This document shows positions 1 to 13,605 of a DNA stretch of 64,000 nt, piece after piece. The DNA lies in the NCBI GenBank assembly GCA_009103225.1, contig RHPI01000385.1, positions 402,493-466,492 on the forward strand. The letters run 5' to 3'. Origin of the DNA: Chlorokybus atmophyticus. Its lineage: Eukaryota; Plantae; Mesostigma and Chlorokybus algae. Numbering within the stretch: the first letter of the stretch is position 1; each line of letters starts with the position of its first letter. The translations under genes and the position numbers were made by a program. Under the pieces are notes generated by a model, which did no database searches, was not told the origin of the DNA, and saw only the letters and a list, made by a program, of their open reading frames with translations.

Positions 1-49
1 TCCCCCCCCTCACACGCACACGCACACGCGAAGAGAACTCTTTCCCCAC

Positions 50-2310
<2,261 letters not shown>

Positions 2311-3452
2311 CTGCAAGCAGGGGAGACGATATGCGTGTGTGCACACATGGCATGCATGCAAATGTGGGTATGCGTGGCAGGTAGGCTTTTGCTTGTACAA
2401 TTAGCAGAGAGTTGGATGACACAGCATGTGTCAACGTGTGCTCGTGTGGCATGTGCGCGGCAACATGAAGCACTCACTTGACGTGCACACGTGATGCGCC
2501 AGTAACGGCATAACCCAATGCAAAACAAAGTCGGCATTGTCAAGAAGGAAACAGTACTCTGTCACTATGTATATACGAATAGAGTATTAACGTTGAGGAC
2601 ACGGTCACTTGGGGTCAGATCTGCATACGACGACATCTTGAATGGTACCTATTCCTTCACTCACTTGTGTGAACCGGGAAGGAGTAGCCGCTCCGTTCCC
2701 CAGCCAAGCTCCCCGCGCTTCCCGCCCTCCCTTTCATTCCCTCTACCCTTGTTCACACCGCTGATGTCCTCGCCCACCAAACCGCCGCCGCCGCCGCCGC
2801 CGGTTTCCCAAAATAGCCTGTACCCGGTCCACGTGAGCTCGATCGGGATCTCTCTCGGGCTTGTGCGATCTAGATGCGTTTGGGACGCTGTTGAACCGGA
2901 TTGGCTCTGGCGGTTCGATCTGGGTCTTATGGACTCATCGAGCGAGAGAAGAGAGATTTGAACAGGCGCGGGTGTTAACTGAGAATGTCTCTAATAATCA
3001 CCGCTGTTGGACGGCTGCGATGGTATCGGACGCATGCAGTTGCGGTATTCAACTGAGAAGTGGCCTGTTCTAACGGCGTACTGGGTTGTTTGATCTCGGT
3101 TATGCTGCTAAGGCTGCTAGACTCAACTGCGCATGCATGGTGTTGCCAACACCGTGTTGTACGGGTGCTGCAACTTGGCAGCGGCATGTGGGTGGGTGTG
3201 TAAAGCGTGACTGTACGTGTACTGCATCCATCAGCCTGGTTTTGGTTGCATTCAACCCCACTGCCCTGCATTGAACAGACACGAACACTTGCATCCCTCT
3301 TCGGCTTGCGTGTGTGTATGCACACAAGTAAGGTCTGTGCAGCGGCACAGCAGTGAGTCCACAGGCATACACGCACGTAGACACAGCAAGCCGCAAGGTT
3401 GTGGACTTTTCAGCAACGTGAGGGTGGAGTGGTAGTCTATCACCTGTTGTAT

Positions 3453-5225
3453 ATGGTGTTTTGCTGCTCCACGGAGACAGTCTCCAACGCGCACACCACC
3501 TCGCAGAAGCACACCATGGAGGTGAGTCTATGAATGCCATAGCAGTCCTTGACAAAATCAACACCAACACCAACAGTTTGCTCCTGCCTTTGAAGCAGCA
3601 AATCCGTCTTGTACACTCAAGGATTGTGTGCAACACACGCATGCGTGCGGATACACACGTGTGTACACGCACCCACGCATACACCCACGCACGCGCACAC
3701 ATTGATGCACGTGTACACGCATCACTTGTGTCACACTCAACCCACCCACTTACATATGGGTCTCTGCTCATCGATTCATTCATCACAGGAGCCTCTGATG
3801 AGCTCCCTCGGCGGGCCCGCAGGCGAAGACAACAACAAGGACCAACACGACAAGCACAAGACCATCAGAGAGGAAGCCTCCGACGAGGAGGAGGCCTACC
3901 CCGAGGACGACGACAACGACACCGTAAGTGCTTGCTGGGGACTGACACAACATACCCACACACCCACATATCCCTCTCCCAGATCGACGATGAGGCCCAG
4001 GCCGCGATGATGGCCGCCGCCCACGCCCGCCTTTCCCGCAACAGCAAGACGCGTCGCAGCGGCGTGAGCGCTGAGAGCGCCCACGTGACGAGCGGCGGAG
4101 GCGTGGGACTCGGCCTGTCCGGACTCGGCAACAGCGACGGCAGTGGTGTTGTCGAGAAGAGCGAGGAGCAGAGAGAGAAGTTGGCGGGAGCGCTGAGAGC
4201 GAGCATACTACTCGCACACGTCAGCGACAAACAAATGACCAGCGTGAGTGACGGAGTCCCACCCCCCACATGTGCACGCGCACGCACACGCGCTCATGCG
4301 CACATATGCACGCGTTTGCATACCCACCCGCCCACCCATACACATTTACACACACAAGGCCAACAGTAACAACCTCTTGTCACTCAGCTGGTGGACGCGC
4401 TGTACCCCGAGAGCGTCCCCGCCGGGAAAGAGATCATCACCCAAGGCACAAACGGCGACACCTTCTACGTCCTCGAGGTACACCTGTTAGTGCGCACACA
4501 TCCCCACACCCACNNNNNNNNNNNNNNNNNNNNNNNNNNNNNNNNNNNNNNNNNNNNNNNNNNNNNNNNNNNNNNNNNNNNNNNNNNNNNNNNNNNNNNN
4601 NNNNNNNNNNNNNNNNNNNNNNNNNNNNNNNNNNNNNNNNNNNNNNNNNNNNNNNNNNNNNNNNNNNNNNNNNNNNNNNNNNNNNNNNNNNNNNNNNNNN
4701 NNNNNNNNNNNNNNNNNNNNNNNNNNNNNNNNNNNNNNNNNNNNNNNNNNNNNNNNNNNNNCCCCTCCCCCCCAGTCCGGCGAGTGCCACGTCTTCAAGT
4801 CCTCCCTCCTCGTCCGCACCTACGTCCCGTCGGACTCCTTCGGCGAGCTGGCCCTCCTCTACAACGCCCCCCGCGCCGCCACGGTCGCGGCCGCGTCCGA
4901 CTGCGAGCTCTGGTGCCTCGCGGGGGCGACCTACAGGGCGATCGTGACGAGCGGGGCGGCGAGGAGGAGGGCGGATTGGGAACGGTTCTTGGCGGACGTG
5001 CCGCTGCTGTCGGTGAGTTGGACGTTGTGTACACGTGCAGTTTCACGCCCAATTGTGCATGTGTGTGCATGCAGACATGCACAATGGCTGTAAGTGTCGG
5101 GAGTCACAACATGTTTGAGCACACAAGGGCACAAGCACACACGCTGTGTGCGTGTGTACTTGTGCCCTTGTGCACACGGTTCCTGCGCACTTTCCATGCT
5201 GCACGAGTGACATCACTAGAAGTCA

Positions 5226-5300
<75 letters not shown>

Positions 5301-5951
5301 ATTGCATGTGACTGCACGCATGAGTATGTGTCCCACCAACACCAACTCCACTCTTCTCCTCCTCCTTCTCAGTCCCTGTCCCCCCCCGAGCGTTCCGCCC
5401 TGGCCGACGCCCTGGACCCCATCTCCTTCCTCCCCGGCGACGTCATCATCCGCGAGGGCGACGTCGGCGACCGCTTCTTCATACTGGAGGAGGGGGAGGT
5501 CGAGGCCAGGACGGCCAAGGGACAGAAGATGAAGTACGGACGGGGGGCGTATTTCGGGGAACTGGCGCTGATGCATGACGTGCCGAGACAGGTGAGGGAG
5601 GGGGGGTTTGGTTGTTGTTGGTGTCTATGTTATGTTATGTGTGTTTGTGACACGTACTCGTTGCCACGCCGCCCTCAGNGTGTATCTATCGTTGCTGAGA
5701 GTTGTTGTGTCTTTTGTCTCTTGCAGGCGACGTGCACGGCGCTCACCAAGGTCCAGTGTGTCAGCGTGGACCGCCGCAGCTTCAAGGTGAGTGGGCAGGA
5801 TTGTGTAAGAGACAGAAATACCACTTTAGTGTGGCTGGCAAGTTTGTTCTTCCTCCTCGCGCAGCGTATCCTTGGCAAGATGGAGGAGATCCTGAAACGC
5901 AATGCGGAGTTTTATCACTTGTGCGTGGAGCAGGGCGTGATCGCGCATTGA
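3453..5951 (+). CDS. PKAR: cAMP-dependent protein kinase (PKA) regulatory subunit, RI-like
   Basis: Exons 3453-3521, 3789-3923, 3983-4243, 4388-4477, 4776-5012, 5373-5591, 5727-5786, 5865-5951, all phase 0 GT-AG. Inhibitor site TRRSGVSAES. Two cyclic-nucleotide-binding domains with phosphate-binding cassettes FGELALLYNAPRAAT and FGELALMHDVPRQAT. N gap 4514-4761 lies in an intron and could hide sequence. The first exon is the least certain. Confidence 0.9.
4514..4761. other. Assembly gap (N run)
   Basis: Seen directly. Confidence 1.
5230..5296. repeat. (TC)n microsatellite in a PKAR intron
   Basis: Seen directly. Confidence 0.98.
5604..5678. repeat. 75-bp exact direct repeat, copy 2, ending at a single N (5679)
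   Basis: Identical to 296-370. Confidence 0.95.
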
Positions 5952-7896
5952 GGGTGTGCGCGTGCGTGTGCACCAGCACAGGTATGTAGTTGAGTACAAC
6001 ATATGGAACCACCGCATGGTGGATGTATCAGTTGTGACCACAATTGGCGCCTCTTTTTGCAAGAGGCTCCATCATGTAGTGTGCAACAACGGTAGGCAAG
6101 TCCCACCTGAAGGATGGGCGCTGCAACATTTGCTTCAGCAAGCTGTAAGCCTGCACTCACACAACACAACGCACATAGCAACACTCAGCAACAGTAATGC
6201 ATGCTCGTGCACATTTGCACGCGTATGCCTGTCTATGGGGTATACATTGTAATGGCACTCAGCACACAGCTACGCAGCATACCAACATTACCCACAATCA
6301 GGCAGGCAGGCAGGCAGGGACAGCATAGATTACAAAAAAAACGGGCCCCCGATCTCGCATACAACCACACAACCACACAACACTCTATGCGATGTGCATG
6401 TGGGGGCAAGGCAGGGATAGTCAAGCAAGCAACCCATCAACCTGAAGAACACAGCGATAATGGTTAGAGCTGGTGTACGATGAGGCACCTGACGTTGTAT
6501 AGTGCAGTGCAGTGCAGTGCAGTGTAATGTGCATGTGCGCACAAGTGCAACACACTGCCACTGTGCATGGGCGTCCTCCGCATGGTTGGTACAATAGCCA
6601 CCAAACCACACCACGCGCAGATGTGCACATGTGCGCGCGCACATGTCCGTGCGGGTGCACACGTGGGGCCTGAGCCTTCAACATCTTGCTTCTCAACGTA
6701 GCCAACAACCTCTTCATGGCATGTCCATCCGCTTGCAACGCCAGCAACAGCTCAGGCGTATGTCTACTGTACGCCGCCAGCGCTGCTGTTCGAGATGGTC
6801 TTCAGCAACGTCAAGCAACACCAAGTGCCTGCAGTGGGAAGACAGCTGCATGGGGAGCAAGCAGACACCGCATGGGGAGGCATGTTGTTGGCAACACTGC
6901 GTGCCTATGTGAAGGACATTGGCACCCAACCCCACCAGCAACACCCAACTGCCAGCCACGACGCAGCAGCACTGCGCAGTGCAGTGCTACCAGCAGCACT
7001 GCACAGCGAGGATGACGTCAAGGCGAGGGGCGGGGCAGAGGGGCCCTGCCAGACGAGGAATGGCAAGGGTTGCAACATCTGCAACGGAGGAGTGAGAGGA
7101 GGCGGAGGAGGAGGAGGGGGAGGCGGAAGCGGCGGAGGAGAGAGGAGGCGTGGGGAGGGAGAGAGAAGGGAGAGACGGGGAGAGGGAGAGGGAGAGGGAG
7201 AGAGAGAGAGGGAAGGGAGGAGGGGGGAGAGAGGGGTGTGAGGAGGAGGGATACATTCACACGCTGCATGCTACTGCTGCTGCTCCACTACAGCCCGTGA
7301 CTGCGGTTATTGACGCTGCTACTCGTGTGTGTTGCAGGTAACGACTGTCAACGCATGTATGCCTAACAGGGTGCGGTGGGGTAGCTGTAGCGTTGAGTAG
7401 TATCCTTTAGACCCCGGTGGTCTAGCATGAGCAAAAGCAATGGCTGTGGTGAGTGGTTTGCATGTGTGGTGTGCTCGTAGACATGCATGACAAGCGTGTG
7501 CTCAATCATTCAGTCAGCATGCTGCATGCTCTGGACAAATATATACAACACATCGCACACATATTGATGCGGCAGCTGCAAGCACATTGGTGTCCTTTAC
7601 GACAACACGAAACCTTATTAACACAACCCTATTGTTGTGTTATCAAGTCCAAACACGGCAGCTGATGCCTGCAACAAACCTGTCCCTACTATTCTGAATA
7701 CTATCAGAACCTATGGACAGTACAGCACACAATCACTCTATGTCTAGCCTATGTATACCGTCCGCATGCGCTCAGCTGCATTGGCGTACACGCATACACG
7801 CATACAATAGATGGGGCTCTTCACACAAGGGGCGCAAAAGAATGACGACTGAGTTGCTGGCCCTGTCACGGCCTCCTCTGCAAGCGATGCAACATG

Positions 7897-9329
7897 TCAG
7901 GAAGCAGCAGGTGTTGAAGCAGTAGGTCTTGATGCAGTGCTTGCAACAGGCGTTGGGGTGGGTCTGTGCACAGCCAATCTTCTCAGCGCAGATAGGCGAC
8001 CCTTGTAGTAACCCATTCCAAACCTGCAGGAACAAGGAGCAAAGCATTGCTTCAGGTAATTGCACAAGGATAGGAACTGTGCCAATACAAACACATAGCC
8101 AAGACTGGCGAACAATGCACAGCACAATGCGTTCTATATGTTGTTCTGGTTTTTATGAAAGCAAATTCGCAAGCAATTTCACTCCCTATCAATGTACGAG
8201 TAATGTGTACCCGGCGAGCAGACCAACAGTGGCTGCATACGCTGTCATCGTGTAGCTCACGCCTGCGTAGTTCACCTCCAGCGGTTGATCCTTCATGTGG
8301 ACGCCATGATTTTGCTCGAGCTGCATTGCATCATGGATTCATCAACATTGCCATAGTACTGACTTGATCACAGAGTGGTGGTGGTGAAGCAGAAGCGAAC
8401 AGCCAACATTATCACTCACCCGCCTCTGAATGGCTTGCAACCGCTCTTCTAGGTTGGATTGGTGGACTTTGCGTGCAGCAAAACCTGCAAGACGCAAACC
8501 CACTGAAATGACAAACCAACACAGCACTGGCAACTGACAGGTACCGAAATTCTGCACTCATGCATGAGCGGTCCGATATGCCACCAAGAAGTGTGAGCAT
8601 CAGTCAGGTTGGTGCACTCTCTTTGACACATACCATGCCAACAATCACGCACCGGCCCAGGCTGCGCCAGCCGACAGCAGCGTGCCGCCTATCGTGAATA
8701 CAATGCGGTTGCGCTCAAAAGTATCCTGCACCGTATAACGGCAATGTGTACTTGTTATTGTCACACTGTGTAACACTGAGTGCAAAGTACTGTGTGGTTG
8801 TCCATGTGCTGGTAACAAAAGAAACAACTACGACGAAGCAAAGCATGAAAACATGAGAGACATGTTTATAAGCATAAGCACATGCAGCAACCTGAATTGA
8901 CTACTACGAGAAAATGTAGACAATTGCTTGAAGCAATGACGAGCAATTGCCTACATTTTCATAATTGAAGGAAGAAAGAGGTGACTTACTGAACCGTACC
9001 CGAGTTGAGCACCACGTTTCGGATACGGCTTTTGTGACCAGCTCCCGCCGCTCCTTTGCTCGCTGCGCTGCGGCCCTCAGAGCCTACCAGCATGCAAGCT
9101 GCAAGTAAATTTGCAGAATATCTAAACAGGCCTAGAATGAAAGCACGCAACCTGCATTGACTATGTCACCAATTTTCAAAATTTAATCGTGCATGACAAA
9201 ACATGAATGGTGGGGTGGTTGTCTTGCACTTGGACAGCGCCTAAACAATGGCTGACATTGCTCCGAAACATGCTCGCAACTGTCTGACCTGCGAATTCGA
9301 GCAATGCAGGGCACTCTTACCTTTGACAT
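7897..9329 (-). CDS. Small membrane protein (about 155 aa, two hydrophobic segments), resembles an uncharacterised plant family
   Basis: Phase-consistent GT-AG exons give MSK|ALRAAAQRAKERRELVTKAVSETWCSTR|DTFERNRIVFTIGGTLLSAGAAWAG|FAARKVHQSNLEERLQAIQRR|LEQNHG...YAATVGLLAG|FGMGYYKGR...PAAS*. Confidence 0.75.
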
Positions 9330-10410
9330 GCTGCGAGCAGCGGTCCCCTCTCCAGCGGCATGCGCAAAGCAGCAACCCCACACTAACACAATGCTGCGCC
9401 ACCACCACCACCACCACTACCGCCCAGCAGCAAGAGGAAAACCGGTCTGGCAGCGATCCAATCTTGCGAATGCTCACAACACGACGACTCCCTTACAGTA
9501 TGTCGCAATCAACGTCACCGCCTCCGTCGCCGCCACCGCCGCCGCCACGCCAATGTCAACCATGCACTGCCAGCTGGCAGCTTGATCACCCTGATCATGC
9601 ATGTCGTGTTGTAAGCACATTCGAGATGGCGATTTTACGAAACTGCTTTTGCCTTATTTCAGTTAGCATGCCTATTTGGCGCAGCAACTATGCCTATATT
9701 TAATCTGGTAACTCCAACTGCCTGTCTGTGGCAGCTGCAACGCCGTTACCCGTTGCCGTTATCCGATCTCGGAGAGAATCAATCTGTCCGTGTAGCCCGC
9801 CGTCCACGTCATCACAGGGCTGCACTTAACCGGACTGAGAAAAAGCAGGGGTTTCATGAACGCACAAGTGCATTATTCCGCAGGCATCGGCCGTGCAAAG
9901 GGCTAAGCAACGGGTTTTACCAACAGTTGAATGAATATCGCAGTAAGCAAGTGCGTCACTGCCGCCAGAAACTGCCTCCTAGCCGGCGAGGCTTAACCAC
10001 GCAATGCACCACTGGGGGGAACAGTGTTGCTGTGCTTGTAGCTAGCGGGCGAGGCGGTGGTGGCGGCGGAAGCGGCAGCAGGGTTGGGCTTGATGGTCTG
10101 AGTACAAGCTGAAAAGAAAAGGTGCGTTTTTTGAGCTTCAGAGCTGGTAATATGTTTTCCGACTTGCGACGGCATTCCAATCTGCCACAGCACCTGCCTT
10201 GTTGTGGCCGTGGCCTGAGGCTGGCTCCGTCAGTACTTTGTTGTAAAACTTGCTGTGAACTCGTTGTACGATGTCAGTCAGCCCAATAACCATGTTGGGC
10301 TTTTCTACTGCAGCCACTAGTGGCTGCGCAATTGGTGGGGTTGTTCACTCACTGTGCACGCTTTGCTGTTGCTCTGTTCAGCTTGTCAGAAGTTCAGCTC
10401 GTGCAGTAAG

Positions 10411-12773
10411 ATGGTGGGCAGCACGGCAGCGGTTGCAGTCAATGCTGCGGGCGTCTCGTCTGTCAACACTCGCTCACTGCAACCCAAGCAGCAGCGGCCG
10501 CTGCAACACGCACAGCGCAGGGCGGCTGTCGTCTGCCGATGTGAAGGTAAGGCAAATTGGCCACTCCGAGTTGTCGTACAGAGCACAACTGTGATTGTCG
10601 CAGCCTTTTAGTGGACATGTTTCTTCGTCTTCGTCAAATTACGGGGTTTTCACTGCCTTCGATAGTTTCGTTAAACAAGGGCAGTGAACTGTCCACCTGA
10701 TATCTGCATTGGGCATTGCAATCCAACGTTGAGTCTGTCTGCAGTCTAGTCAATGCCATGTTTTGATGACGACCAGTAGTCTTTTAACTGTAGGATCGCA
10801 TGTAGCACAAACAGAAGCTTGCAGTTCGCGTGTTCATCTTTGGCTTTCCATGCAATGGCAGCTGTCACAGTCTTTTGACAAGAGTAGAATGCACAGCGTG
10901 CCATGCATTCAGGCTGTTGCATTGCGAGCACATCACAGTACAGCTTACAGTTGCCATGCACTGTTTTGCTTGTGTCTTGCCACTACAAAACGCCAGTGTC
11001 TCTTATCTCAATCATGGAAGGCTGGTAGAGGACATGGCGCATGCAAAGCAATGCTGACTGTTCATATCCGTTTCCCCAGATAGCGAGCAGGCCAGGCCCA
11101 ATGCAGCGCGCGCTGCCGCTGCTGCCGTACTATCGGCCGTGCTGGCGGTCGGGTCACCAGCACTGGCGGATCTGAACAAATTTGAGGCTAACACGCGCGG
11201 AGAGTTTGGGATTGGGTCTGCTGCACAATATGGGTCTGCGGACCTCAGGTATGCTCTTCTGCACATGTTAGACGCTGTCTGGATGCCACTGTAAAGATGG
11301 ACAGTGCTTGCTAAGGTCAACAGTTCAAATGAGTCCGGCATGCATAGCCTCAGATGTAGTAATTATAGAAGGCTTAGGCGTCTCATGCCTGTCGTAACCA
11401 GCGGTCAAGCGGAGTGATTGGTGTGCTACTCACAGGCACCCGGACAATATAATGCAGCTTGCGGCCACGCGTGTCGACGATAGTGTTGCTGCCGCAGTCT
11501 ATGATGACAGCTATCAGGCTCAGCCGGTCCAGGTGGCTGCTGCTGCAGCTTTCATGCTGTTAGTCTGGTATATTGGCAATTTTCTGGTACCTCGCCTGGT
11601 CTTTGGAAAGACGGTTCTGCGCAAAGACAATAAAGATGACGACGGCACCCAGGACCTACAGTAGCCTTTGCACATTAGTATATGCAGGCATCAGTTTCCA
11701 TGAGACCCACAGCAAGAAATATTGGTTGACTCAGTTCAGATTGGCAGCCTGCCGATGCAGATGTCTTGTGTGTGAAGTGGTGACACTCGCAATTGCATGT
11801 AGCCAAGGCTTTATCATAAACTGCCATGATTGCTTCTGGTCGGCAGTTTCAGGCAATCTAACCTCTTTTTGCTACTTCTCAGGAAGTCCAAGCACGCTAA
11901 TGAGAACTTCAGGTACATTTTGGTGTTGCACTTGAGGGTTCGATGCCGTGTTAGCACCAACGCCGTGTTGCACATATCAGTTGCAAGCATGGTAATGATA
12001 TGTGTCTGATAGGCGGGCCAACTTCACTTCAGCCGACATCCGCGAAGCAGACTTCAGTGGCAGCACATTCAATGGGGCGTACTTTGAGAAAGCAGTGGCC
12101 TTTAGGACCAACTTTGAGGGTAAGCACGCAACACTTCTACAACGGCTGGCAGTGCATGGCTGCCTTGGTGCCACAGCACAACAATCTTGCGTGTGCAGGT
12201 GCGGACCTCACCGACACTCTGATGGACCGCATGGTGTTGAACGAGGCGAACCTGAAGAATGCTCTGTTGGTGCGGGCTGTGCTTACAAGGAGTGACCTGG
12301 CTGATGCCAACATTGAGAATGCGGACTTCTCTGATGCCATCCTTGACTTGCCCATGAAGAATGTAAGCCCATTATACATTCCTTTGTGCTATGCCAGCTT
12401 CGCATATACTGTGCAAGCTATCCGTGCAACTATGGAGCTGCTGTTATGCGTCTTGCTTAGCAACATCAAGTGTGCGCTGTGGTTCTGCCGTTGACTGCAA
12501 CCATAAGTGGTTACTGTTGCTGGTTACATTACTCAGGGCAAAGTAACTGACACTGGTATGCCACTGCAGGCGCTTTGCAAGTACGCATCTGGCATAAATC
12601 CAGTGACCAACATGGACACCAGGAAGAGCCTTGGCTGCGGCAACCGCAGGAAGAATGCATACGGCAGTCCGTCCGCACCGGAGCTGAGTGCCCCGCCACA
12701 AAAGATCCTTGACAAGAACGGTTTCTGCGACGACAGAACGGGTCTGTGCAAGTCATCTGAGTACGGCAATTAG
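10411..12773 (+). CDS. TL20.3: Thylakoid lumenal pentapeptide-repeat protein, TL20.3-like
   Basis: Exons 10411-10546, 11080-11248, 11883-11912, 12013-12119, 12199-12362, 12570-12773, all phase-consistent. Bipartite transit peptide ending SPALA. Mature N-terminus DLNKFEANTRGEFGIGSAAQYGSADL. Pentapeptide repeats (ANFTSADIREADFSGS, ADLTDTLMDRMVLNEANLKNA). Tail LCKYASGINPVT...LGCGN. Confidence 0.92.
11436..11664 (+). CDS. Candidate alternative terminal exon of the TL20.3 gene, encoding a single-TM C-terminus
   Basis: Acceptor ctactcacag at 11426-11435. Phase 2 matches the exon 2 donor (11249). Open for 76 codons: RHPDNIMQLAATRVDDSVAAAVYDDSYQAQPVQVAAAAAFMLLVWYIGNFLVPRLVFGKTVLRKDNKDDDGTQDLQ*. Confidence 0.5.
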
Positions 12774-13605
12774 GTCCTGTACATGTTCAAGCAGCGCAGG
12801 TGCAGGCAGGGATAATGTTCAGGCTCGCAGAGAGTCTGTTTTTTTTGATGTATTACTAACATACAGGAGGTCCTGCATTGACCTTCGAAAAGTAACTGGT
12901 AACACTTGCTGGATAATTGTGCCTGTGACAAGCACCTGCACAATAGAGGTGACCAATTTTATGTAGTTAGGTACATCGGTGGCACATACATACACAAAGT
13001 AGCCTGCCAAGTTGTCATGCAGCAGTTGGCCGGTGGTGTAGGCATGCAAACAGGCTTGATGGTCATACTCACGCACAACTTGCAGGTGTCAGAACCGGGA
13101 TTGTCAAAACTGTCTAGTCACGTATATGAATACAAGCCTAAGTCAATTACTTGAGGCCTTGCCTGATATATAAAGGGTTTTATGACTTGGCCACCACATC
13201 TGGGTGGCGGACCAGTACTCAGCTGCAGTCCCTAAAGCTACCAACCACCTACCGTGTCTGCAATTCCAAGCACTTGTCTGCGATGCAGTGTCGGCCTTTA
13301 CCACCCGCTGTTGGTAAGCCACGAGCTGGCTCAGGAGGTGCACAGCCACAGACAGCGCGCTATGGCAGCAAGTGAGACACATCCGACTCACCACTCAGCG
13401 GGGAAAATATATTGTCTGCTCAGCGACACTCAGCAAGTCTCTTCACCCTTGCAACAGCTGCACACGGTAATTGCGGCGCCGCCAAGCAGCCCCCTCCTTA
13501 CACAGAGGAGTACACATGCGTGTGCTCGATGCAAGCACATGGTGTATCCCGCATTGCGCTTGCCAACGTGACCTTCTCTCTCTGTCTCTCGCTCATCGGG
13601 GGTCT

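Noticed and set aside
6400-7350. GC-rich ORF-like region with purine tracts between PKAR and the 2-TM gene
   Set aside because: No recognisable domain and no consistent splice-phase chain found. It may be a diverged gene or low-complexity DNA; not supportable.
7400-7408. GTATCCTTT, a perfect U12-type 5' splice-site consensus
   Set aside because: Not within a supported gene, no TCCTTAAC branch site downstream, and a 9-mer is expected by chance in a window this size.
13143-13600. Trp-rich minus-strand ORF and splice-like signals downstream of the JmjC stop
   Set aside because: I could not assemble a coherent ORF or domain; probably 3' UTR.
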